A stretch of DNA of 64,000 nucleotides from the human T2T-CHM13v2.0 reference genome, Homo sapiens. A program made the translations under genes and the position numbers. A model generated the notes under the pieces. That model had not been told where the DNA came from and searched no databases. It saw only the letters and a program-made list of their open reading frames with translations. Positions 25,566 through 38,199 of this stretch are shown piece by piece; position 1 is the first letter of the stretch, and each line of letters begins with the position of its first letter. The stretch lies in the NCBI RefSeq assembly GCF_009914755.1, contig NC_060935.1, one strand, 5' to 3'.

Positions 25566-27815
25566 TCATGCGTTCCTTTATAGTCTAGCGCTTTGTAAGA
25601 AATAAGGCAGTACTTTCCCTGTTATACTACTTATTTCATCCATTCTACTCTGCTCATGTTTGGTTAATGCTTTTAATCAGGCGTTCCAGCAGGTCTTGAT
25701 GAATCAGGAAAGTTCTGCCTGAGTCAAAGATTAAGTTGTAGGATATTGACCTATATTAGAAACTGATGTTAGATTTCCACGATTGTTTACCACACGAACT
25801 TCACCATTCTTATAGTTACAATGAATCCTACCATGCAGAGGATTCTTTTTCTTCCCTAAATTCTTCAGTCTGGATTAAAGTCCATCTCTTCCATCCTTGT
25901 AATTAAAAAAAAAATATGTATTAAGCATGCAGTATTTACCGGGCACTCAAAATCAGAGCTCATAAGTTACTAAGAAGATAGAAAAATCTAGAAAAAGATA
26001 ATGCGTTATGTATTCCAGCCATACCTGGCCACTTGAATGCAAACTGATTACTCTTTCTGAGCTCAGCTTCTGTGATAGAATCTGGAGATCTCAGCCATGC
26101 CTCCCAGAATTGTCATTTGGAAACTTCACTAGCACTCTGAAATGGTTTTCAATTAAAAATGAAATGCAGAGGCTGAATAATAACTAGATTAGTATGGCAA
26201 TTGGTTTAGGCAACTTTATATTTTATGAATGTGAGCAAGGTGTCGGTGAGGGATGTTTTGAAAGGCTGTCAGACTTGTGACACGAATAAATCAAAAGTAT
26301 TCCAGGCGATGGCTGTTACTGGGGCAGAAACTCATGTAACATGCATGATACATTTATTCCTCTTATCAGAAATAAGTATAGTTTTTAAAGATGTTTAATG
26401 GATTCTGAGTGCCAAAGGTTGTAAATATTGAAACTTCTTATAGTTGTATATACATGCTGCCAAATACAGCCTTGGTCCTTGGAGAGATGGGAAGACATAG
26501 ATAATGAGCTACCACTTGTTTTAAAGTGGTTTGAAAAATCAGGTTCTTTGGATTTCTGACCATTGCAAAAAATAGCCTCAAATGCAGTAAAATTCCTGAG
26601 GACATCATAAACCAATTTTCCCAGTCCTTGGGCAGCTTACTGCCAACTGTCTCAGTTGAATAGAAAACTATAGTTTGCTCTCAGCAACCCACTTCTGTGT
26701 GTTTTGTTTCTTTCCGTTGTGGTGTCATCCTCTCCACACAGTTAAACTAACAGAGAGTCCGTCTATCTAGGTTCTATTATCTTATGCTGGTTGTAAACAA
26801 GGCCAGTCCTGGCTTGCATTCAGCAATGAACAGACACAAACAGCTTTCTGTTTCAGAGGAGGAAGAGGAAATCAGATGGAGAGGACCGTTAGGAGTGTTG
26901 GTTGGGTTGGAGGCACATATTACGCATTTGAACTAGTGTTTGACTGAGTTTTTGAGGTGGTTCTAAATGACTTCCAGGTGGCCTCAGCCCATGTGTGCAG
27001 AGGAGGCTGTTCATGTTTAACAGTGACTCTCTTTCACTAGCTTCTTTTTTGCTTCTAGTGATTATAGTGGACACCACATATTATTGGCTGGTAGATGTTC
27101 CTCTCAACTCTACAGAAAGACAATTTCAAGTTCTTAGGCCTGCTTTCTTTGTGATTTTGGATGACTCTTTTATATTCCTCTGGCCTGAGGTTTTTCACAC
27201 TTGAAATTGGATTTTTTTTTTAAAGAATTGTAATGTATGGCCTTCCAGAACTTAGCAGGGCCCTTAGGTTTCACTGTAAGGATGGTGAATTTGAGATCAC
27301 CACACAGTGGCTGCACCAGGTCCAGGACTCCGTCTCCTGAGCACAGGCTGCCGCTCCTTATTTCTCAGCATCTGGATGAGTAAGAGGACTTAGGTGAGAA
27401 GGCAAACTACCAGGGTATAGCAGAAGAAGTGCAGGCTTGGGCCTTGGACTGCCTTGGTGTTACTACTTAATGATCTCTAATTTTCCTATTCTCTCTAAGC
27501 CTGTTCTCATTTGTGAAAGGGGAATAATCCTTACCTTGTAGGTTGTCGTGAAGAGCAAGTGATTTTTTAACGTGTGCATCTGTCCCTGGGCAATGGCCTG
27601 GGTCATGTTTATAAATCCATAGGCTCAAGTCCACCGAGGGAGCTGCCCAAGGTCAGCCCAAGTGCCCAATTCTCAGCCAAGGAGAAACCCAGATGCTCCC
27701 ACAGTTCAGACCTTATTCCTACCTCATGCAAACCTCTTTTCAGCCCACCCCCTTGGACAGTTGGTGGGGGATGGAGATGAGGGGTGTGCGACTGTGTCTC
27801 TCTTCTCTGTTACAG

Positions 27816-27941
27816 CCATCTATCACACCTGTGAGGCCTCCAACTTCCAGTGCCGAAACGGGCACTGCATCCCCCAGCGGTGGGCGTGTGACGGGGATAC
27901 GGACTGCCAGGATGGTTCCGATGAGGATCCAGTCAACTGTG
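27816..27941 (+). CDS. SORL1: SORL1 exon 26 (126 nt), CR4: [13 protein letters not shown]...[13 protein letters not shown]
   Basis: ttacag|CC, GTG|gtaaat; within ORF 27662..28105. Confidence 0.98.
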
Positions 27942-28955
27942 GTAAATGCAAATTCCCCAGCTCCCTCCCTGAGCCTCCCCAGTGTCTGCTGTTCAGGAAG
28001 AGAGGCCACAGAGAGCCAGGGGATGAAATGCTGTTCTCCTATGCCTGTATTTACACTCTGAAACCAAATAAGCCCATCTACTTTCTATGTTATATTGCCA
28101 TATGATGTATCAGATTATATTATATAGTCTTAAGAGTTGCAGGCAAGCAGTTTGCCCCACACACAAACTATATAAAATGCTGCCACGTAAACAAAATATA
28201 TAAAATGTTTTTTGAAACCAAATATGTTTAAGGTTCTCTATCCTTTTGCCAAACATTCCAAGTTTTCAGGGGATGTTAGTTGTCTACATGTTGTTATACA
28301 TTCTACTCCTTAAGTAAAGATGTTTATGCAACTCTGTTTTTGTGTAGTAAGCATTTTCATGGAGGATGCATATTCACTTTATGCTACCATAACCTAGTTT
28401 ACATGGTTGCTTCCTGGTTGGGTGTTTGAGGTTTTTAGATTTATACTGTTATGCTAGTACCACTATTCGTGTCTTTGGAAATGGCCTGATTTTTCTTTGA
28501 GATATTTTCTGAGAGGCGTTCTTCAGTATGGAGTTGTAAGGTGAAAGGTTCTGACCAGTTTTTGAGTCTCTCTGTTACCAAATTGGGTTTCCAAGGGATT
28601 ACATCAAATGTGTCTCTACCAGTAAAACGTTGCATGTTTCCCCAAGTCTCCTTGATATTAGATTTGTATCTTTTTAGTTGCTTCCACTAATGTAATATGT
28701 GTGTTTGCCTCATGTAGTTTTGATTTATACCTCTTTTAAAATACTTTTTCTACCTAGTGACATTAACCATTTCTCCAAATAGTGGTGCTTGTTTACTGTT
28801 TCTGTTTGATATCCTTTGGCTAATTTCCCAGAAATGATTACTTTTTACAGGATTAAAACACATTTTCATACTTATACCTAATCCTCAAGGAACTATTCTA
28901 CACAGAGCTCAGTTTGCAAAGGCTATCTATGACTGCCTCATTAGAAGTGATTTTC

Positions 28956-29251
28956 TTTTTTTTTTTTGAGATAGGGTCTCACTCTGTCACCCAGGCTGGA
29001 GTATAGTAGTATGATTGTGGCTCACTGCAGCTTTGACCTCCTGGGCGCAAGGCATCTTCCTACTTCAGCCTCCTGAGTAGCTGGGACCACAGGGGTTGGC
29101 CACCACGCCCAGCTAATTTTTGTATTTTTTTGTAGAGATGAGGTTTTCGCCATGTGGCTCAGGCTGGTCTCAAACTCCTGGGTTCAAGTGATCTGCCCAC
29201 CTTGGCCTCCCAAAGTGCTGCGATTATAGGCACGAGCCACTGCGCCTGGCC
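28956..29251 (-). mobile_element. AluJ, TSD agaa(g/c)tgattttc
   Basis: Antisense dimer with flanking TSD. Confidence 0.9.
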
Positions 29252-29559
29252 AGAACTGATTTTCAAGTCCAATGCCTGGCAATAACTTTTTGCTCAGGAG
29301 AAAGGGTGACCTAGTACTAAAGATTCTGATCAAGATACCTTAGTTGTAGTTTAATTTCCCCTGGAACTGTTGTGAAACCTCAGGCTCTTAGCATTTCTAG
29401 GCAAACTTTCTCCAAAACAACTTTGCTTTAGAATTCCTCCAGAATTAAGGTGGTGAGTGATTTAAATAGCTTTATAAAACTAGGATTTCATACTCAAGAT
29501 TCATATTGTGCTTTTTCTATTCATTGAAGCTTTTCTTTTTCTTCTAAAAAATATACTTA

Positions 29560-29948
<389 letters not shown>

Positions 29949-30579
29949 TCAGGTGTAGGTTGATCTCCTCACCTGCCCAGTTCCCACTTTTTCCTAATAG
30001 GAAACCAAGTTGTATATTTTTTCAGAATATTTTTGTGCATATATAAACAAATTTAAGTATACTCTGTATTATTGTCCTATTTCATACCCATAATGTTTAA
30101 CTTTGCGTATTGTTTTGCACCTTGTTTTTTTCACAGAACTGTTTATCTAGGGCATAATTTTTATAGAGCACTTCTTGCATCTCTTTATAGCTGTCTGTGT
30201 TCCAGTGTACAGTAATTTATTAAACAGTCTGTTATTGATGGACTGTTTTCAATCTATTACACAGTTTTGCAATGCAACACTTGTACTTGTGGGCGGTTTT
30301 CAACCTGTTACAAACAGTGTTGTAATGCAACCCTTGTACTTATATTAAGTACAAGGTTGTAAACTTTTATTTACATTATTTTTTCAGTTGTGAAGTAGAA
30401 TACATTTCTACAAAAGTAGAATTACTGGGTCAAAGTGTGTATACATTTGTCATTTTGCTAGTTACAGCCAAATTGCCCTCCCCAGTGGTGGTACCAGTGT
30501 GTACTCCCGCCAGCACTGTGTGTGAGTGCCTGCCTGTTTCCTCCTCGTCATTCTTCTGTGTTGTTGAATTCTATTTCAG

Positions 30580-30687
30580 AGAAGAAGTGCAATGGATTCC
30601 GCTGCCCAAATGGCACTTGCATCCCATCCAGCAAACATTGTGATGGTCTGCGTGATTGCTCTGATGGCTCCGATGAACAGCACTGCG
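30580..30687 (+). CDS. SORL1: SORL1 exon 27 (108 nt), CR5: EKKCNGFRC...[11 protein letters not shown]
   Basis: tttcag|AG, GCG|gtgagt; within ORF 30522..30740. Confidence 0.98.
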
Positions 30688-31134
30688 GTGAGTTCATTCC
30701 TTGCCCCCAGGAAGCACTCAGGCCTAGTGATTATGAGTGAAGAGCGTATATTGGACTAAATCCTTTCATTTCCTCAGTACCTGCTTGTGGTTAGCTTTTA
30801 ACTGAGTTGATCCCTGAGTACTTGGCTAGGACTCCTGGAGGCTGATCGTGGCAGAGAGACAGGGTTTGGTTAAAGGAGAGCAGGAAGGAAGAAAGCAGGG
30901 TTGGGGGCGATGGTGGGATTAGATCGAACTTCAGTGAAAGTTATTGTTTAGTTGAAATATGTTCTATTAATTGACCAGTTGTTTTGAATCGGCCACTTAT
31001 TTCTACTTGATTGGTTTTGTTAGTGTTGCTGAGTATCACTGGGGGTAGAGTGGGGCGGGGGGGGGCATTTTTAGGCCAGATGACCCTTTTTATCTTCAGT
31101 TTTCTTTAGCCCCAGAAAGATTGCCTTGGGTCAC

Positions 31135-31306
31135 TGGTGCTCATCCTTGATTATATATTGGAATCACCTGGGGAGCTTTAAAACCACCTGGTGCCTGGAC
31201 CTTACCCCCAGAGATTCTGATTTAATTAGCGTAGGTGTGGCTGGGACTTGGGACATTTATGGTGCTCCTGGTGATTCTACTGTGCAGTCCGGGTTGAGAG
31301 CTAATG
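31135..31306. mobile_element. MER5-type hAT-Charlie MITE
   Basis: gaatcacctggggagcttt...cagagattctgatttaatt...ggtgattct motifs. Confidence 0.65.
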
Positions 31307-31315
31307 TTATCAGTG

Positions 31316-31997
31316 CAGGGAGTGGCAAACTAGCCTGTGGGCAAAATCCAGTCCCTAACCTGCTCTATTAAATGAAGTTTGATTTGCATACAGTAACTAC
31401 TATTTGTTTACATATTGTATATGGCTGCTCTCATGCTGTAGTGGTGGACTTGAGCAGTTGTGACAGAGTCTGTATGACCTGAAAACCCTGCAATAGTTGC
31501 TTTCTAGTTGTGTTAGTTGGGGTTAGTTGGGGTTCTCCAGAGGAATAGGACCAATAGGATATGCATATGTATATATATAGATTTACTTTAAGGAACCATC
31601 ATGCAATTTTGGAGGCTGGCAAGTCCCAAATTTGCTAGGTGAGCCAGCAGGCTGGAGACCCAGGGACACACTGAGGCTATATAGTTCAAGTCCAAAGGCT
31701 GTCAGGCTGCAAACCTTGGAGAGAGCCAGTTGCAGTTCAAGTACGAAGGTCTTGCTGTGTCCTCACATGGCCCTTTCTCTGTGTGGGCATTCCTGGTGTC
31801 TCTCTCTTCTCAAAGGACACGAATTCTTTTGAGTTTAGGCCCCATTCTTATGGTTTCATTTAACCTCCATTACCTTTTTAAAGGCCCTATCTCCAAATAC
31901 AGTCAAATTGGGGATCAGGGCTTCAACATACAAATTTTGGGGGAACACAGTGCATTCCATAATATTAGTTCCTTACAGAAAAATTTGCCTACCCCCG
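31316..31997. mobile_element. MER58A (hAT-Charlie) interrupted by an antisense LTR block 31509-31964 (MLT2-like then MLT1-like)
   Basis: cagggagtggcaaacta start and cttacagaaaaatttgcctacccc end flank the LTR sequence. Confidence 0.6.
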
Positions 31998-32369
31998 TAT
32001 TAGAGAGTCAGTATCTATTAATCATGCTTGAGATTGGGGGTTTGATGCCAGACAGCTCTGGATTTCACTTTTGGCTTCATCTTCATCAGCTGTGTACTCT
32101 TGGCAAAATACTTAATGCTACTGCCCTTGTTTTCTCATTTTGAATTAGCGACAATAAAATCTCTCCTAATGTTGTCTTGAGGGTTTAATGATGCACTTTA
32201 TGTCAAATGCTTTAGCTCTAGGCTTGGCAGAAAACAAGTGCTCAATAAATTGTGGCTTTTACTGTTGCTTCCTGAAGCCACATCTGTACTCGTGTGCACT
32301 TGCCCAGGGCTAGAGGGCCCAGCCAGCCGCAGTGCTCATGGCCTCTTCCCTTCTCTGGATCCCTTACAG

Positions 32370-32501
32370 AGCCCCTCTGTACGCACTTCATGGACTTTGT
32401 GTGTAAGAACCGCCAGCAGTGCCTGTTCCACTCCATGGTCTGTGACGGAATCATCCAGTGCCGCGACGGGTCCGATGAGGATGCGGCGTTTGCAGGATGC
32501 T
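32370..32501 (+). CDS. SORL1: SORL1 exon 28 (132 nt), CR6: [12 protein letters not shown]...[15 protein letters not shown]
   Basis: ttacag|AG, GCT|gtgagt; within ORF 32294..32542. Confidence 0.98.
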
Positions 32502-33006
32502 GTGAGTTGGGGCAGGCAGGGGAGGTGACTCACGGTCACTAAAGAACTTGCATGGGGGTTTGGCCACCCTGGGGTTGTGTCTCTATTTAATAACTGACAG
32601 GTCTTGGTTGAGTGTCGAGGGTTTGACCACCCTGGAGTTGCACCTCTATTTAGCTTACATGTCTAGGTTGAGCATCCAAGCTTGCCTTTTCTGAGAAAGA
32701 CTTTCTTTTGTTGCTTAAGGAATCCTGCTTTTCAGTTGTGGGTGTATGTATAAGGGGCAGGATGGCGAGTGACCAGGGTCTTGGCTCAAGGGTCGCTGAA
32801 AGTGAGAGGCCTTTCTTGCCAGTACTGTATCAGATGGCACTCCCAGCGTGCCGTAGCCCCTTACCCTGCTTCGATGATCCTGTCACAACTTGCCCCAATT
32901 TGGACCTGTCTGTTCATTTTGCTGCCTGAGCTTTACAGGAGCAGGGGCTTGTTTTGTGCATTGCTATGGCCCTCTCCTAAAATAGTGCCCTTCTTGGAGC
33001 AGCTCT

Positions 33007-33399
33007 TATATTTGTTTCCTGGGACTGCTGTAGCAGAGTACCACAGACCAGATGGCTCAAACAACAGAAATTTATTTCTTGCAAGCCTGGAAGCTAGCAG
33101 TCCAAGATCAAGGTGTCGGCAGGGTTGGGTTCCTCCGAGGCCTCTCTCCCTGGCCTCATAGATGGCTGCCTGGCTGCCTTCTCCCTGGCTCTTCACACGG
33201 TCTTTCCTCTGTACACATCTGTGTCTAAATTTCCTCTTCTGTAAGGACACCAGGCCTATTAGATTCGGGCCACCCAGATCACCTCATTCTAACGTTTCCT
33301 CTTTCAAGCCCTTATCTCTAAATACAGTCCTGTTTCTGAGAGACTAGAGGTTGGGACTTAAACACATGATTTTTGGGAGGATAAACTCAGCTCATAACA
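33007..33399 (-). mobile_element. MLT1B/C MaLR LTR
   Basis: aacaacagaaatttatt...ccaagatcaaggtgtcggcagggttg...ctcataaca. Confidence 0.75.
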
Positions 33400-33608
33400 C
33401 GACTCGGTAAAGATTCATGGAATGGATTAATTAACAAAGTGTGTGCTCTGTTTAGATTAGGTTTGGCTTTTGCTTTCAAGGCATGGTTTAGCCAGACAGT
33501 CCTTTGCCAGAACTCACTGCTGTTCCCCCTTGCTTCTGGGCACCACTGCTGCTTCGACCCCTCAGCATGGAAGTTCCTGGACTTCATGGATGTTTGTTCC
33601 CTCTGTAG

Positions 33609-33740
33609 CCCAAGATCCTGAGTTCCACAAGGTATGTGATGAGTTCGGTTTCCAGTGTCAGAATGGAGTGTGCATCAGTTTGATTTGGAAGTGCGACGGG
33701 ATGGATGATTGCGGCGATTATTCTGATGAAGCCAACTGCG
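33609..33740 (+). CDS. SORL1: SORL1 exon 29 (132 nt), CR7: [10 protein letters not shown]...[12 protein letters not shown]
   Basis: ctgtag|CC, GCG|gtaaga; within ORF 33470..33781. Confidence 0.98.
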
Positions 33741-34389
33741 GTAAGATGTCCAGTCTGCCTCCTCACATCCTAATCCTCTAGTTAACAGTGATGCCTGCAG
33801 TTACAGGGACACTCACCGGCAACCCCACTGCAGACTTGGCCTTCCCGTAACTCAGCAGCAGTTGCTGCCAGTTCCTGAATACTCATACGAGTTGAGTCTT
33901 GAAGGGGGCAGCTGGCACCCAGCAGGTGCTAGGGAAAAGTTTATTTGATCTCCTTTCCTTTCTGTGGTTGGGAAGACCACATTATGTATAAGGAAGGTGG
34001 TAGATAAGGAATTATGGTAAATATTATGGAGTGACCTCCCCCTAAAAGTGACAGGCCACAATGTAATAGTTATTGTCATGATTGGATTACCATCAATAGT
34101 TGTTTTATTCCTTTGGTAAAATGTCAGAATTAAAATTCAGGTGATTGTTCTCAGGATATTGTAGTATAGATCAGAGGAACATGGGTTAGGGGCTGGGAAG
34201 ATGGGGTTTTGTTTAGTTTGTAGGTGTATTTTTTGTTCCCCATTGGGTCCATGAAGCTGCCTTATCTCTTTATGGGTGGGAAGTGTGGGTTGCCCTGGAA
34301 CTTGAGTCTGGAGGAGGATGCCTAGAGTTGGAGCCCTGTGTTCACACTGATGCAGGGAAAGCAACTGATGATGTGGTTGATCTCTGCAG

Positions 34390-34524
34390 AAAACCCCACA
34401 GAAGCCCCAAACTGCTCCCGCTACTTCCAGTTTCGGTGTGAGAATGGCCACTGCATCCCCAACAGATGGAAATGTGACAGGGAGAACGACTGTGGGGACT
34501 GGTCTGATGAGAAGGATTGTGGAG
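34390..34524 (+). CDS. SORL1: SORL1 exon 30 (135 nt), CR8: ENPTEAPNC...[13 protein letters not shown]
   Basis: ctgcag|AA, GAG|gtaaga; within ORF 34338..34559. Confidence 0.98.
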
Positions 34525-34754
34525 GTAAGAGGCCCCTGGGGCCTGGGTTAGCCCCATAACCAAGACACACCAGAATAGTTCCACCAGCTATGCAGGATGT
34601 GCCTGGCTGATTCCGTGTTTTGGGGGGCATATTTTTGTGAGAGGAGTGACTCAAATTTTTTCTGTTCCTCTTTCTCATTTTGAAATAAGTGTGGTTGGTT
34701 TCTCCTATTTTCAGGCTATTTATTCCGTATTTGCAGGGCAGAGTGAGAAGTCTA

Positions 34755-34920
34755 GAGCCTTCCTACTCAAAGTATGGTTTGCAACCAGTAGCATCTGCAT
34801 CTCCTTGGAACTTGTTAGAAATGTAGAATCTCTGACCTCACCCCAGACCTACAGAGTCAGAATCTGCATGCTAATAAGCCCCCAGGTCCTGTGTGCTCCA
34901 CAATGCATTTGAGGAGCACT
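34755..34920. mobile_element. MER5A MITE
   Basis: ctcaaagtatgg...cttgttagaaatgtagaatctc...agtcagaatctgcat. Confidence 0.7.
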
Positions 34921-35189
34921 CATGTGGAATGCAGACTTGCCCCTTTCCTTTCTGGCATTCTCATCTCTGAACCAGGTCGTGGAGTAGTTGCGGTTGAATT
35001 AACTAGAACACAATGCTTTGCCTCAGTAGGAATTCTCTTAGCCACCCTGTGCCTCCTCAGCCACCTGTTTCTTTCACCAGCCCCTGCAAAAGCAAACTTA
35101 TCTGAATATTAACCGAAATCAAATATAGTAAGGGAAATCTACTCCCCAAAAGGGAAAAGAATATTGCCTCTTCTGACAACCCATTATAC

Positions 35190-35247
35190 ATGATTTCTAG
35201 ATTAGCCGCTGCTCAGAGCTGTGCCAGTCACTGGCCTCCCTCAGCAG
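35190..35247 (+). CDS. SORL1: Coding part of alternative first exon 30B: MISRLAAAQSCASHWPPSA spliced in frame to exon 31
   Basis: ATG at 35190, 19 codons plus G, then CAG|gtacag donor; G+AT restores Asp at exon 31 start; 19+810=829 aa equals the length I recall for the reported exon-30B isoform; 5' end not determinable. Confidence 0.8.
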
Positions 35248-35350
35248 GTACAGCTAAAACTGGGACATCCGCACTAGGTTTGGGACATATTTGGTCTAAG
35301 ATCAAGCTGCTTCTAATGTTTTGGGTTTCCGTGCTTGGTGTTTTTCTCAG

Positions 35351-35506
35351 ATTCACATATTCTTCCCTTCTCGACTCCTGGGCCCTCCACGTGTCTGCCC
35401 AATTACTACCGCTGCAGCAGTGGGACCTGCGTGATGGACACCTGGGTGTGCGACGGGTACCGAGATTGTGCAGATGGCTCTGACGAGGAAGCCTGCCCCT
35501 TGCTTG
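35351..35506 (+). CDS. SORL1: SORL1 exon 31 (156 nt), CR9: [15 protein letters not shown]...[14 protein letters not shown]
   Basis: tctcag|AT, TTG|gtgagt; within ORF 35335..35679. Confidence 0.98.
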
Positions 35507-36210
35507 GTGAGTTCTGGCCCAGGTCCTCTCCTGTGGTACCTGCTATTGTGGAGAGGACCTTCTGGGGGTGTGCTCTGGGCACAATCCAACCGGGCCCCAT
35601 GCCCTGCTGTCTGGGACTCTGCTGTGTGGCCAGGTTGCCTGTTACTAATGGTGTACCTCCAGGGAAGGCTGATTTCTAGCATTTTTTCCTGGATCATAGA
35701 TGCATAGGAAATTGGAATGGGAGCATCTCATCCTCTATAACTGGCCTCTGACCTTCCTGCAAGATGCCAGCCACCCTGATTTCCACCCAGGCTATGGTTA
35801 TGCCACCTTTGCTGCCTTCTTAGTGGGAAAGTACAAATTGGAATTAATGTGGAACTTTTTGTGTGTGTATTAAACTCTGGGGAGAGAGCCCAATTCAGCT
35901 TGCTAGTTGGCCGGCCTGTCCAACTAAAAGAAGGGTAAGCACTGCCATCTAGTGGCTAAACTCAAAGAGGCAGCTGAAGGTCTGTAGTCACCATATTGTT
36001 GGAGGTGGGGTAGAACTTGAAATCCCATTTCGTGTGTGCTCCTAACAGCAGGCGGAACAGAGGTGAGGATCCTGTGTTCTTTCCTAAGCAGGAGTCTACT
36101 TCAAACTCAGTTATAATAGGAGAACAAATAATTTTTTGCATGCTTTGCATGATCTTTTCCCTTCTTCTGTGAGCATGTTCTTTCCATTGCTTCCTTGTTT
36201 AAAAACATCA

Positions 36211-36788
36211 AAATCCCAAACTTTAGTGAACCTAAAGCATGTAGGGATCTCCTGGGTTCCACCCAGAAATTCTGATTCTATGTTTTTTATAAAACATTAT
36301 AAAAATGATGTTTTTACTAGGGTGGTCTTTTTGCCATATTGAGTTTCCTCTTGTTCTCCTGTCTAGAAGATCAATTTTTGACAATTTCTATTTTCCAGGC
36401 CCTCTGTGAGCTGATTCCTCCTTGCCTCCCTGGATTCCTTACATCAGCCAAGCTAGATTCCTGATCTTCTTCAGATAGACTTGCTTCTTTCCTGCCTGTG
36501 CACCTGCAGCAAGGTTTTGCCCTCAGCAGGAACTCCTGTACCCTCAACCTTGTCTTCCTACTTTTCTTATCACTGAAACCCACCATCCATCAGTGCAAAC
36601 AGAAGCATGGATTTTATAGCAAAAGAGACCTTGATATATTCATATCATCAGAACTTCTCAAAATGTGATGCAAAGACCACCCTAATGGAATCGCCTGGGG
36701 TGTTTATAAAAAAATGTAGAATCAGAATTTCTGGGTGGAGCCCAGGAGATCCCCATATGATTCTTAGGTTCACAAAAGTTTGGGATTT
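36211..36788. repeat. Inverted repeat: arms 36211-36296 and 36701-36788 (~88% identical), MER5-derived
   Basis: Manual alignment; also seen as near-identical peptides in opposite-strand ORFs (GISWVPPRNSDSMFF / GISWAPPRNSDSTFF). Confidence 0.9.
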
Positions 36789-38199
36789 CTGCTTTGAACA
36801 AGTAGGGTATTATTCTCCTTTCAAGCTCCACCTCTGTGGCGCTTTCACTGATTCCTTTAAATGATTTCCATCTCTTTTCCAGTCTCATTAAACTTACCCA
36901 TTGACCTTTTGATTCTTAACTATGATCTGCCATATATTGCTTCCTAATTATTTCATGCGTGTTGATCTTTGCTTCCATAGCCATTGTGTGGACTTCCTGT
37001 TTGGGAATCATGCTGTCTACTACTTTGAGTCCTGCTCTGTGTCTCCTACAATAATAGGCAAATAGTCAGTATCCCCTAAAATGCTTCTCAAATTAAAATG
37101 AATTGTAAAAGAGAAAACAAAACTTTGTGTCTGTCCTTTCTCCTCAAGGCCTACATATTTATTGAATAACTTGATTATCCTCTTCAAGTTGTTTTTGCTT
37201 ATTGAAACTCTGACCAGGACATTAATAGACTCTAGCAAATTCTGACTAATCCAGTGAGCAGATCTCTGTTTATATATCCTGTTCAGCTTTTGTACTTTCT
37301 TTTTTGTGCGCAGTGCTGGGACAAATTTAAACTCATTGTTATCTGTAGCTCGTGGATCTTCTTTGTTTAGTGTAGAAGTCTTCTAACTGGCTTATTAACC
37401 TCATATTTCTCCCCCTTTCAGTTTTTCTTCTGATAAGGCCCATACTGATGAATGCTCATGTCCTCCCCAGTATTGGAGCCCTCTGATGCCTCCCTTATTG
37501 TCCAGGGCATGATTTGCCTTGGCCTGGCATTCTCCGCCTTTTTATTTTTTATCACCTGTCTCCATGTACCTTGTGTTTCTGCAGAGTGGTTCTGAGATAT
37601 AGGGAAAGCCCCTTTGAAAATCCAGTGAAAACTATAGAATATGCACAATATCCTGAAGTTAATAATTGCTTTTTTCATTTGTTTGCTTAGGTTGTTTTGT
37701 ACCATTTGCCAATGCTTTCTGCCTTTCAGTCGCCACTCAGGATAACTTTCCACAGGTCAACATGTCCAGGGATTTATCAAGTCCAGTTTTTCTCTTGGAG
37801 ATACTCCTTCTAACAACGTGGATTCTCCTTTCGGGACAGATTGTTCTCTAGTCCTGCTGTGTGCCTGTTACCCAGGGACTTTCACTGCCTCCTTGGAATT
37901 CTCTTTGCCTTTCTCCCAGTTTAGATTCCTTGTTTCCTGGATCTTGTGTGTTGCTTTTTCTTGGTTTACTCCCTTGTTTGGGTGGAGTGCATCCTTCAGT
38001 AGCCTTGTCAGGTGAATATGATGACGCAGTGGCCAAGGACACTGTGATGACAGCTCTCAGGTGTTTGTCTCTTGAATTTTGCTGCTCTGGTTTGTATTGG
38101 TTGCCCTGTATACCTGGGGCACAACTGCCTTTTAGGACGTTGCACCATCATCATCTTCAGGATTTCCTTTACCTCCATCTCCTGTTGGAACTCCTGTTT

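Noticed and set aside
34891-35112. Hydrophobic signal-peptide-like stretch (FASVGILLATLCLLSHLFL) upstream of exon 30B
   Set aside because: Different frame from the 30B ATG, non-ATG start, ends in a stop, and I saw no donor linking it to exon 31.
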